Position numbers and translations under genes: made by a program. A stretch of DNA of 64,000 nucleotides, taken from the NCBI RefSeq assembly GCF_036321535.1, contig NC_087437.1, forward strand, positions 41,604,001 to 41,668,000, in the 5' to 3' direction. Origin of the DNA: Camelus dromedarius (lineage: Eukaryota). Shown here piece after piece: positions 27,047 to 40,339 of this stretch. Numbering within the stretch: position 1 is the first letter of the stretch; each line of letters opens with the position of its first letter. Under the pieces are notes generated by a model that searched no databases, was not told where the DNA came from, and saw only the letters and a program-made list of their open reading frames with translations.

Positions 27047-29687
27047 AGGACCATGTGCTTTTCATCTGATATGTGGAAATGCTGTCTAATTGGAAAACAT
27101 AGAAATGCATAGACTGATAAAAGTGATACCACAGAACTTTAAGCCATTGGATCCAAAATGTTTAAAAACCCTGAGCCATAACTTCTCATTTTCTCTCTCA
27201 GAAGCAGAGAGGAAATACTAATCCTAGTTTATATTGGGAAAAACTACTACAGAGGTGTAACTGATTTATGCAAAGTCAGAGACTGGTTGAATGGAAGACT
27301 AGAAAATGAAAAGCAAAGCTCAGGGAAACACTTATCTAATACTTGATTATTTTCTTATTCACATAGCTCTTACCAAATAGTTGACAACGGAAATATTCTT
27401 TGAAATAATTCAGAAATCATAGCTTCAGAACATCATACCAAAATTGCTAACTGTAAAGAATTTAATCTAAATTTAAAAAGTATATATCAGCAATGCAGAT
27501 TTAAAGTTTTGTATTAAGATAAAAATTAAATTTATCCTAATGGTTTACCAAAGAGACATTTATAGAAAGAACGAGTCCTATTATAGAGAAAAAAATCTTT
27601 GCCAACAAATATTCTAATACAGATTTATCAAACTGAAAACAAATGTGGCAAGGTCAATTTAGAAACAAACCTAATTAGTACAATTTGAAATTTAACAAAG
27701 ATTGTGTTGTCCAAACTTCTCAGTGCACCTTCAGTGATAAAAGTTTCATCCTCCATTGGGGTAGGTAACGCTCAGGAATAAGAATTTAATAAAAGAACAG
27801 ATGTATCCTGATTTTCAAATAAAATAAAAAGAATTTAATGACCCATTTAGCCTGACAATATTCCACAGGCTTATTGATCTCTGAATAATGTGCTAATCAG
27901 TATCTTTTTTTCTTTCCAGAGGAACTTGTGAGCCTGCAAATCTAGTCTCTGGGCCAGATTACATTCAGAATGAGGAAAATAATATTACACAATTAAGACA
28001 GATCATATTGTATCCTATGCTTGCAGCACTTTGGAGAATTCCGCTGTTGGAGAGAATAATCTAAGTAACAACAGAAAAAGAGAAATAACACACATTGAGT
28101 CAGTTGTAGCCAGGTTTTCCCCTCCAAAGGAAATGTTCAGAAGACACTCTGGAATATCTAAATACAACATGCTTCAACTTTTAAAAGATTTTTATGATTG
28201 GAAAATAAATTAAAATGAGTATTTTGAAAAAATGTAAACATTTCTTGATCAACACTGGACTCCCAAGTATAGTAAGGCATGGAGAAAGAGGAGACTAAGC
28301 TCAGCAAGCCCTGTGCCAGAGCCAAAAGAAATATTGAAGTCAAGTCACAGGCAGGCAGAAAGGTAAAAGAAATGGAAGACGCTCGCACCCTGGTACTAGT
28401 ACACACTAAATAATTCTCTACTGAAGGAAACAACACGTCTGATTTTGGAGAATACGACCAGCAGCAGCACTTTCAGTAATAAAAGCAGTAATATCCTTAT
28501 TCATTATGTTCTTTCAAAGACGCACACTCCCGAGTCCTAGGAAGGGAAGCAATCCTTCCCACCAGCCTTCTCTTCAGGTCCTCTGGTTGGACCCAAAGTG
28601 CTGGTCTCCCTGGGAAAACTCTTCTCCTGGACTGTGAAGCCACAGGTGTCCTTCCCGTCCATGGGCCACCACAGAGGAAGCTGCTGCAGAAGGCGGGCCG
28701 TGGCCCGGCCCCCAGGCATTTGTGAGTAAAGAGGACCCGCTGGCTCCATGCCCAGCCTCCAAATAACACACTGGCAGGCAGCAATAGCTCAGCGAGTCAC
28801 CAAAAAACTCCAGAGAGGCAAGGCACTCTTGCTTCCTCTCCTAAATACAGAGGGCTTCCTTCTTTCTGGCTTACATAATGCCGTTCTCTACACAGAGGCC
28901 AGATCATAACTGCACCTACTCTAAGTCCTGCACGTAGATGGTACACCCACGTCCAGCCTCCACAGCAATACAGTTTATACATACAGAGGCACAAAGTATG
29001 ATAATCTAGTGCACTTTCCATCATCTGAACCACTGGATAATTGAAAGCTTTAAATTTAAAGTCTTTAAAAACACTCCCCCTTCAAGGGCCTCTAAGAGGG
29101 CAGAGCTCACTGCTTTCTGATGCCTTCTGTAAAGTCCACTTCCTCCTGCTGGCCAGCTACATGCCTCCCAAACTTCGTCTCTGCAGCTGCTTCTAAGCCC
29201 CGCCGCCTCTCCTCTCTTTTCTCTTAGCTCTTCCCATGCTTCTCACTTTCACACGAAAAGACAGGCCTTTGACGGGCCTCGCAGGCCAATCAGATGGCAA
29301 GCACGGTATGCTCCACATAATCTCCGTATATTCAACTCTGCTCAACTGTTTTCATCACCAACTACTCAATGTTTTTTCCTCAGTGTTAGAAATACTTTGG
29401 GGCATTATTCCGGAAGCTTGAGGAGAGAAGGAGGTTGATTTCTAGATAATCCAGCCTGTAGTAGCATTTCAAGCTCATTTAAATCTATTGTTATCGACAT
29501 ATTAATTAAGTTACATTTGATTAAAATAAACAGCATACTCTTAAACGGGATCCTTACTGTCAAATCGACTTTGTATTCATTTCATTTAGTTTAACCCAAG
29601 GAGTAGTGCAGAAGTGGATAAAAGCACTTGTGTTAATAAAATGATCCAAAATTTAGCTGACACGTTACGATTTTATAAATTATTTCA

Positions 29688-29819
<132 letters not shown>

Positions 29820-30537
29820 TTAAAGAAAAATTTAAACAGTGACAATGATGTGAGCTTCATTCCAGTTTAGCTTCCATAAGCTATTCAATTATTTATTGCT
29901 GTTATCACTGGACAAGGAACCCTGAATACATCCCTTTCAGTACATAAAAGTTTCAGATTACAAAAGAGAACTGACACTTACTTGTCAATTTCCTGGTAAA
30001 AAAATTAATCTTCTACCCTATGCAGCACCATGTATCACTGAAGCAGAGCGGGCAGAAGTGTCCCCCTCCTGAGATTTCTGTCCTATTGTCACACATGTCT
30101 GTACTCAGTCCTACTCTTCCCAGACCCTAACTGCCCCATCTAGAGTTTGGGAATGAGATTTTACATGTATTTACGATAATATATGGAAACAGATTATTTT
30201 AAAAAGAGTAGATCTCAAAGCCCTCAAGGATGAGCTCAACCTTGACTCACAACAAACCGCAAGAGTGTCCTGCAGGGAGGGCAGCTTCCTCATAATGTCA
30301 CTCCTGACAGAACATTCTTCTGCTTCTGGGAAAATGCAACCTCAGGGTCAGAGTGGCTTGGGGGCGGGGTGGGGTTGGGGGTTACCTAACGAGTTCCAGA
30401 GAAGCTAAACCAGCCTGGCTGATGGAGCAGCGGGTGACGGAAGCGGCGCCCAGGCCCACCTCACCCCTGAGGAGGTGCCGCGTTTCTACAGCACAGCCAA
30501 AGCATGCTCAGAACAACAGAGGGGCAAAAGGACTCAC

Positions 30538-30643
30538 CCTTTTACCAAAGAACTGCTCTTCTTGGATCATGTTTTCAGATGAACGGGGCAAGCTTGGCAT
30601 CTCTCGAGGCTCTTCTTTGACATTCTGTCTTCTAAATGTGTGT
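30538..30643 (-). CDS. PLD1: PLD1 exon 5 (PX domain; contains Thr147)
   Basis: [35 protein letters not shown]; ttttag acceptor, AGG|gtgagt donor; 106 nt. Confidence 0.97.
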
Positions 30644-30860
30644 CTAAAACACACACAAACACACACACACAATGCAAACATTTATTAGATTATTCTTTGA
30701 ATCAACACTCTAGTCGTATCTTTCCTGAGATGGCTTATTTTTAGAAGACCTATTTAATAAAAAATATCCACCAACAATAGACTAGTTAACCAACAGTGCA
30801 AATAAAATAGTCTTTCCACCCAACTTGTGTACTGGTATAACTTTAATTCTGAAACAGTTA

Positions 30861-31007
<147 letters not shown>

Positions 31008-31268
31008 CTAGAGTGAGAAATAAAAATGGTTGATATTTTAGATAAAAATAAGAATTCCAAAGTCTCTCAATGAACAAAAGCTAACTAACATGTAACATGG
31101 AAGTACCTTTAAATCCAGCCTACTTATTTTGTGTACTAAGTACTTAAGCAAAATGTTTTCAAAAACAACCGATTACAGAAATAATATTCACTCAGATACT
31201 CATCTTATAATATACATAAGACAAACTGAATCACACCAAAGACAAACTCACAAATCTTGCTCCAAATA

Positions 31269-31294
31269 CACACACACACACACACACACACACA
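31269..31294. repeat. (CA)13 microsatellite
   Basis: Direct reading. Confidence 0.95.
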
Positions 31295-32955
31295 CCCCTA
31301 CACCTGAAATAAGAAACCAGGTAAAAGAGATGGTGAATAAAAGCTCTAATCAGCCAACAGGGGATTGTCCAAAAGTACAAGCAGTGAACAGACAATTGGA
31401 GAGGGTGGGAGGGAAGCTGGAGGAAATGGATTTGATCGTGGAGCACAATCTTAGCCCACTTTTGCTCTTCGCAAATGGCATTAATGCCTTCTCCTTCTGA
31501 AATGCCCTGCAAGGTCCATCCTACAACACCACCCTGTCCTGAAGAAACACCAGCGACTAGGAAGGCACAGGATGATTAGAGGGGAAAGAGCAAAACATCT
31601 TCCTACACACAAAATATTTTCCCCAACTACTTAACTAAAAATGAATTTCCATTTACAATTTCAAAAACATTTCTTATTAAAATGCAAATATATCTTGGTG
31701 ACTAGTGAATTATTTCAAGCAGAAGAGTTAACAGACCTGGGAGATAAAAATTTTGTTATATTAGAAAGTGTCAGGAGATGAGGGATATTTATAAAGCACA
31801 GGCAATCCTGAAAGAAGTTTCCATGGTGTGGGGGTGGGGGGGGAATGGACACCTCAGGGAGGACACTGGCCCCTGCGGGGAGATTTAGGCACCACAGATG
31901 TTGACAGGTGCTGGGGGTGGGAGAGAGTGAATGTCTCCTGCTTTGCTGGTTTATCTGGGCTTAGGTATCTGTAACCCCATGGGTGACTCCCAGCCTGCTG
32001 CCATTCATCAGTGATGTCTGGTATATTTTGCAAACTTTTAAAGCATACCACTCTGTGCAGATGTTGTATATAAAACAGGAGCATGAGAATCCATGTAATT
32101 TGTGCTCTTAAGTCTAGAATCCAAACACATCACCAGGAAATATTCAAATCTAGCACTTGCTTTGCCTCTAGTTAGGATCCACAACCGTTACTACACCCAG
32201 CAGTTCAAGGAACCCAGTCCTGAGGTTCAGTATTGAATGCTGTCTTTCACCTTGGCCAACATTTTGGGCATCCTCCCATATCACGTCTTACAAAGAAGGA
32301 AAACTCAGAGAGGCCAGAAACTTTGCACTCAACTGAAAAGTGTTCAATTTAAGATAAGCCAAATAAAGGGAGAAAAATTATACAATTAGACAATCCAGTC
32401 CCCTTCAAGGGATGCAGTTTTGGTTGTTGAAAGCACTCTGCTCCCAGTGCTGTTCCAGAGTGTAAAGAAAACACATGTGAGTGGGGCCTAAAGAACACGT
32501 CAGGAACGAGTCAGAGCAGTGGAGAATTCTCTGAGCGGCACTTCGGGGCAACAGGACTGGCCAGTCCAGCATCCTGGCTTTTGTTTCTTTCAAGAGCCAG
32601 GTAACATCATTATTTTCTTGCTAAACAGCTTTAGGAAATCTCAACTTTTCCTTGGCTTATATCTGGCATTCTAGCTGGAATGGCACTGCCCCAGGAGTCC
32701 ACAGTGAACAGAAAACTGGGGAGAGAGGAGGACTAGGGGAGGCATTTTGCGATTTATTAAATTTATAAATTGCCTTAAATGCCTTAAAAAATTTTTTTTC
32801 AGAATGGGGAAATAGGCGCATGAGGATAAAGACTAAATGCGAAGGATGCAGAAACCTGAGAGGTGATAAGGACTCAGCAATGATAAACAAAAACACAAAC
32901 AGTTAAAAACAGTCATAGCTGGAGGAAGGAAGATGCAAGGCAGCATGTTAATTCA

Positions 32956-33150
<195 letters not shown>

Positions 33151-33357
33151 TTATTGCAAGAATACAATGATATTGGCATAACTTGCCTTTTACAGGCATC
33201 TTCTTTAAGAATCATAACGTGCTACAAGAAAACAGCTAATGAAACTCAGCCCAGCGTTAGACATGGGCAAGGAGAATCAATCATTTGCTGGTTGTTTCAA
33301 ATCTGTGCTCTGCCAGGAAAGTCCTGATAAAGTCTCTTCCCCCAGCTCAGACCATCA

Positions 33358-33576
<219 letters not shown>

Positions 33577-34050
33577 TTATTAATTTGGTCAAATAAAACC
33601 CTATTCTACAATTTAAATCCAGGCTTAGATGCAGCACATGGAACAAGTCTGTTGTGTGAGCCCCATTATCTCAACCTTTTCATTTCTTTTCTGGTTTAAT
33701 ATTTAAAGGATTCTTCGCTTGTAAATTAAACTGCAGTGAGATACTTAATCGTATCTCAAGCAAGGAAACAAGCAAGAAAAAAGAAACAGCTCATGGAATA
33801 AATGCCAATATATCTTTCATCCAATTTTATTAACTTGGATAAGTGAGGAAAGACTTAAGGGAGTTTGGTTTGGGAATCGTTATTCAGAGAAAAGGAATTT
33901 ATTCTTAACTCTAATAAATACATGGAAAGAAAGAATATCATCTAAAATAAGCAACTTTAAGTATTTTCTACAGAGAACTTGGGGCATTTTATAATAATTT
34001 CAATATGCAGATTTTAAAATATTTTTATGATAGCATAACCTTTCTGGATT

Positions 34051-34172
34051 TCCTCTCTTTACAGACATGGAAACTGAAGCCTGGAGAGATTAGGTAACCT
34101 GATGAATATTTTGGGCAATCTTTCCAAGGTCACATAGCTAGGAAGTGATGGAGTAAGGCTAGTAAGGGATTC
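34051..34172. repeat. 122-bp direct duplicate of 35249-35370 (MIR-derived)
   Basis: Manual alignment: 117/122 identical, no gaps. Confidence 0.93.
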
Positions 34173-35139
34173 CCAAGCAAAGTGTACACTCTTTTTGAGA
34201 AATGAGATTTTGGGCATGACTTTACTTGAGTTATAATGACATCCGTGCCTTGGAAGGTAACCGATTAGTATACCTATTCTGGAAGATACCAGAGGTGCAA
34301 GAATTATACTCTTCTCTCTCTCTCTCTCTTTTTTTTTTAGAAAACTGGTTCTATTTCATTCAGACATTTAATAACACAGGTCATTGCACATCAGTACCCA
34401 GGGAAGAAATGTTCACAGAGAATTTTATTTTTCATTTAAAATACTGAGATTTAAGCCCTGAGCACTGTCATCAGTTAGGTGAAAAATCCGTATTGCCAGA
34501 AATAATGTCTCTACTACAGCCAGACCCCAGAACGAGAGGGCTTCCATACCAGATTCACTCATTACTGGAAATTCCAAACATTTGGGAAGCATCTACCACC
34601 TTCTCACTGTGAGATGGAATGAGTGAATGTGTAAAGGTGAATAGGCCGGTTCCCGCAATTCAGGTGTGCCTGATATTGGTGAGGGAAATAAGCTACATGA
34701 CCCCAAACTCATGCCTGGCCTCTTCCATGGTCTTGGCCTCCCTGAGAATGGCATGTGCTGAGCAGAAGCTGCTTGGCTGGGCTCCCTCCTACAGATGCTA
34801 TCAAGGAGCTGGGGGCTCTGTGAGAAATGCTGAGAGAGAGTCTTGAGCAGACTTGCGCAGCCCGTATTGTAACTCATCAAGTCTCTAAACCTATACTGCT
34901 GTGTGTGGTATGGAAATGCAAGGATGGGAGTAGAGACGAGAGGTTCTGGTTTGCCCCAGATATATAGAACCAGTATGTCTAAGTTCTCTGGGAACTATGT
35001 AATCCACCGTATTTCTTCCTCCATGTTGGCTATAAGAAAGTTGGAGCCAAATTTGTGGCCCACTATTAGCAAAATACAGGACTATCCTCGCCTACATCAC
35101 TTTCCATCAACCTTCCCTCCCACTTCGAAATTCATATTA

Positions 35140-35412
35140 TAGTAACAGTTACTGTGTACTGATTGCTTGGTATGACCCTGGCTTGGTGATAACCCTTGAC
35201 ATCCATTATCACATTTATCGTCATTCTGAAGGGGACAAGAGTTTGTCATCCTCTCTTTACAGACATGGAAACTGAAGCATAGAGAGATTAGGTAACCTGA
35301 TGAATATTTTGGGCAACCTTTCCAAGGTCACATAGCTAGGAGGTGATGGAGTAAGGCTACTAAGGGATTCAAAACCAGGTCTGTCTGACCCCCAAGCTGA
35401 TGTTCTGAACCA
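35140..35412 (-). mobile_element. MIR SINE (donor of the 122-bp duplicate)
   Basis: 'ctttacagacatggaaactgaagc...ccaaggtcacatagctagga...ggattcaaaaccaggtctgtctgacc' is the reverse MIR core. Confidence 0.8.
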
Positions 35413-37399
35413 AGATCTTTATCTTCTGTATAATTTTTGTAGATATGCAAGTGCCACTAGAATAGATGGAAGTGTTAGTAAAGCAAGTGCCCTGGAGCAA
35501 GGCCCTTTGGAACTGACTCAAATGGAAAGAAAGAGAAATGAATTCCTCTTGCAGCTCTACCATTTAAACTCAAGGCCTTGGTTCCCACCTCTGTATATTA
35601 AGGAGGTTGAGCCATTTCATCTCTAGGGTCCCTTTAACACTAAAACCCTTTTACTGTAATCAATTTAACCCTTCTCCTATACCAAGAAACTAACTGGAGT
35701 AGTTTTTCAAATGAATATGAGAAGCCTTTGCCTCTGGTCATAATTTAAATATTTATTTCCTTCCCTCTCAATTCAATAAGCACTAATTAGATGCCAACCA
35801 TGAGCCAGGGTTTGCTTTATTAAAATAAAAGGTAATGAAAAACTTAGAGGAAATGAAACAAGGATAAAAGAGTAAGAAATTACATCATATCATTGCTACG
35901 TGTGAGTTTGTAAAGACTTTAGGTATTTTTCATTGATTAAATAGCCAAACGGTTAACTCTGCTAACTTTCTCAGCATAGCAAAGGAAAACAAGGGTTATT
36001 CCCAATGACCCTGCTTTTGGGCAGAGTGTTAATGTTAAAAATTCATGTTGAATTTAAGATATAGAGACCACCGTAATTTACACATTGTAAGCTAATTGGA
36101 ATAAATAGTACAGAGTCACTGGATCAAGCTAAAAAAAGTCCTATTTCAGATAGAGAGAAAAAAAGGATATTAATTTGTGAAGAGTTTTAGGAAGAGTGAG
36201 AAAGGAATCCTCTTATCAATTATCCTCAAGTGTTTACTATGTCCTAAGCACCATTTTAGAATCCACGATGATCCTCCCTGGTATTGTATTTATGATTATC
36301 CTGAATTATCTGCATTCAAAACTTTGATTGTTTATTTAAATAACTTGTCCAAGGTCACTCCAGTTGTGTCAGTGTTGAATTTATAAAGCAGATCGGTCTG
36401 GCTCTGAAATCTCATGGACTTGGTTATAGAGGTTCATAACTATTGATTTTATTTTATGGGCTTGAATGTCGATAGGTTAATCATTCATATGAAGCTGAAG
36501 TTCCATAAGAACAATAGATATTCTCTACTTTAATCACCACCCTTTGAAGGGTTCCTACTGGCCCCACTGTCTTTACAATTATGGAAATAAATATCCCAAA
36601 GGCCTCCTAAACTTCTTCTTAGCCTTTTATTTTTATGGTTCATAATAATTTATAAGATTGCATGGAATTGCAGTCAGCCCAAAGGCTTTGAAGATTTGTT
36701 CATGCTTTTGTGAAGACCTTACCATTTCATAATGGAAAATGAACCAAATTACTTGTTCATCACCGCCTTCACTTAAGTGCATGGTTGCTTTGTGTTGACT
36801 TTTCATCCAACAATTGTACTGCTGGTTTATTCTTGAATATCAAGCTGTAAGGCCATCTACACTCCTGTGTTGTCACATCATTATTTATTAGCCCATGTTC
36901 TCTTTGACCTAAAGTAATTAATGATGGTGGGTGAGCAGCTGTCACAGTTACAGCCTATCAACCAGCAATGGGGTCAGGCCTACAGTGTTTACACTTGAGA
37001 TAATGTAATTGATTTTGCTACCTCCTTACAGAATCATACTGCAAGATCATTATCTCTTTTGGTACCAAGTAGTGATGGTGCCCATGGAGCCATAACTGCA
37101 GCTGTGTTTTGTTTCTATTTGCATCTGTATCTGGGAAGTAAAAAGGATTCTTTTTCCCCCTGGTGTTAAATATTAGAGTTCAGAAATCTTTGCAGGGAAC
37201 ATTTAATTATCTCTAGTTATTTAGTGGTAAAAATCAGAGGATTTTAGAGCTTTCTTCTGATCTTAATTTACAACATGATTGGCAAGACCATTAAAGGGAA
37301 CAGGTACTTTCCCTTCCAGATACTACATGCATAAACACTGCCTTCGCCAAAACACAAGAATAATAATATCGACTACAGCTATTACTGTTAAAGTAAATA

Positions 37400-37640
37400 T
37401 TAACATTAGGTACTATTTGCTGAATATGTACTATATGCCAGGCACCATACAAAAAGATAAATTGCACGGTCTCATTGACTCCTCACAACAACCTTAGGAG
37501 CTGGGTCCTATTGTTACCCCCATTTTTAAGATGGGAAGTTTAGAGAGGGTAGGAAGCTTGTCCAGGGCCACATGGCTGGCAGTGATGGGGCTAGACCTAA
37601 CATTGGCTGATTTGACTCCAAAATCCAGCTCCTTAACCCA
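37400..37640 (-). mobile_element. MIR SINE
   Basis: 'tactatatgccaggcacc...cctcacaacaacctt...ccccatttttaagatggg...tgactccaaaatccagctccttaacc'. Confidence 0.8.
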
Positions 37641-38243
37641 CGAGGGGTAGAACCATGGGTGGCAGGAGGGATGAACACCAGGACAATTTTATTCCTTTAT
37701 ATACTTCTAGAATAAAACAATTCAAAGAGGAACAATAACCAAAAAACCCCTCAACTTTCATTTTGTGAGGATAACTGTGATTTACTTCTTGCTTCCCTTT
37801 CTAATGTAAGTTACAAAGTTCTCCCCATATTTTTTTCAGTATGTAATGTTTGCTTGCAAAGGGAAATAAATGAAATGGGATTTCTAAACCAAAAATCACA
37901 TCATAATGTATGAATGTGAAATGAATTATAATTAGATCATTTACAACCAAACAGAATCATGGGGATTTCTTATCTTCTCATTTTTCATTCTGAAGAAATT
38001 AATTGGCAAATCTATACTATATAACCTCCCAAAACGTATTATACAGCAATGATTTGTACAGAACTGATTTGATGCTCCCTGAAATGCAAAAATCATAAAT
38101 GTGTTTTCAAGTACTAAACTCAATCTCTAGAGACATAGTAAGCCTTGCATAAATATTTTTTAAGTTTAGCTGTCTTTGAATAAAGTAAATGATATTATCA
38201 TATTTTACATTCCAGATTACGTATTTTGAGAAAATAATATATC

Positions 38244-38290
38244 AAAAAAAAAAAAAAAAAAAGAAAGAAAGAAAGGAAGAAAGAAAGAAA
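38244..38290. repeat. Poly(A)/(GAAA)n tract
   Basis: Direct reading. Confidence 0.85.
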
Positions 38291-39336
38291 ACCGCAACTC
38301 AATGATTATTTGGATCTTTGAACTTTTTAAAGACAACATCAGTTCCACAAATATTACTGGAGGGCTGATTATGAGGCTCGGACAGATAACTAAATGTCAG
38401 TGATGCAGGAGACCAATCAGATGACCTAGGTTCATTCTTCCCTTATTATCAGTGTAACCCAGCAACTAACAGCTGCCAGGTTTCTCCTCTGTAAAATGCA
38501 AACAGGACAGACTTGCTATTACTTACAAGTTTCCAAGAGCTAGAAGTTTAATTTCCAAATACTATCCTCCTCTTGAGCTTCACATCTAATCTAGTCCTGA
38601 AACCCCCAGAGCCCAGCAATCTGCCACTTACTCATCCTTCTTTCTTGGTTTCATATCAAAGCCGCCATTTGGCCTAACACTGACTGCTTTTCTCCCTGAA
38701 GTGTTGAGACTGGAGATGATGGTGCTAAATAATCCGGACTTCCTGTGTCCACAAAACAGGAATTGGAAACTATGTTCTTTCTCTTTTTTTCCCCCTAGCT
38801 AGAAACAAAAACATATCTATAATTACACAAGAAATTTTTAGCATGAAACTCAGTTTTCATAGTTTTCCCTAAATCCTTTGACCTCCTTGCACAGCCTCTG
38901 TTCTCTGCCATAAGCTTTCTGAGTCATTTCCTTTGACATGTTCTAGGGTTAAATATTACCCTCTTTATAGTAGTATCAGCTCAGTTGTATCTTTGAATTT
39001 AAACAGATATTTCATTTCTACAGGCAAATACAAGTGTTAAGAGAAACCGATGTCTATTTCAAATATGAATGGATAAGAGTGCCAACTCTGGGCCATGCAC
39101 TGCAAGCACATTACATGTATCACAATAGTCCTCACGACAATCACATTTAGTATCAAGGACATAGAGCCACAGCAGCTGACAGAGGCTGCACAGTTGTGAG
39201 TGGTGGGGCTGGTCTCGCTGCAGGGGCCATCTGGATGGCTCCCTGGCCTCCTCCGCTGGCTCAGCGGGGATCCCTGTCCCCATCACTCTTGCCAGTTCTC
39301 CCATGTAGACTTTGTTTATCATTAAAATTCTTTCCA

Positions 39337-39519
39337 AATAGATAAACAAGATTATACTGTACAGCACAGGGAAATATATACAAGATCTTGTGGTAGCTCA
39401 CGGCGAAAAAAATGTGACAATGAATATACTTATGTTCATGTATAACTGAAAAATTGTGCTCTACACTGGAATTTGACACAACATTGTAAAATGACTGTAA
39501 CTCAATAAAAAAAATTTTA
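39337..39519 (+). mobile_element. Young L1 3'-end insertion (~180 bp)
   Basis: Nearly identical to the 3' end at 10395-10575. Perfect 13-bp TSD aaaattctttcca (39324-39336 / 39520-39532) at a TT|AAAA site. Confidence 0.92.
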
Positions 39520-40339
39520 AAAATTCTTTCCAGCTGTTTAAAACTCTATGATTCCTTTTTTTTTCACTTCCTTCCAAAGGAACTGGCAAACAACCTCCAT
39601 TAGTGTGAGCTGAGGCAGCACAGAAAGCATTTTCAGTGATAACCCATGAATTTCACCTATGAAAAGAATGAAGCTGGCAAACACACATGTGCAAACTCCT
39701 CCAGATCTTCTCCAGTGCTCATAAGCTCTCAAATTTTGTCTTTACTGCTGGTAAACATAGCAAAGTCTCAATTTTTTATATAATCCATATAGTTACAAAA
39801 AAATGTTTATTGAGGCAGCAGAGTACCATGGCAGGTATGTGATTTTTGAGTCAAACAGCTTTCTGATTCTCCTTATGCTGAAACAATTTATTTATGGCTC
39901 TGACTTAAATTTCAGTTTCCTAATGCGTAAAGTGGATGTAATACTATTAAAGTAATGCATTTTAAGAATTAAACTATACAAAGTGAGTGGCTTAGAGCTT
40001 GAGCTATAGTAGATGCCGAAATAACGTTAGTTCCTTCTATGCCCTTAGCTATTTTAAGAGCTACAAGTCCTCTGTCCAAAGTCCACATATCAATATCAGA
40101 ACTCTGTTCCCTCTTGAGGATAGGAATGAGCAGCCAGAGTTGTATTCTGGTGGTGGTCTGACTGTTTCCCACTATAGAGAACACTGTCACAAGTGTCTGC
40201 AAACAAAATGGATTAAGCTAATGAAGGTGCCTATTTCCCACTACAAACATGGAACTGCTGAATAAATTGTAATCATTTTTAGAAAATACTCAGTCAAGGA
40301 TAAAAACAGAGGCAGCGGCAACAAACACAACAATGAAGG

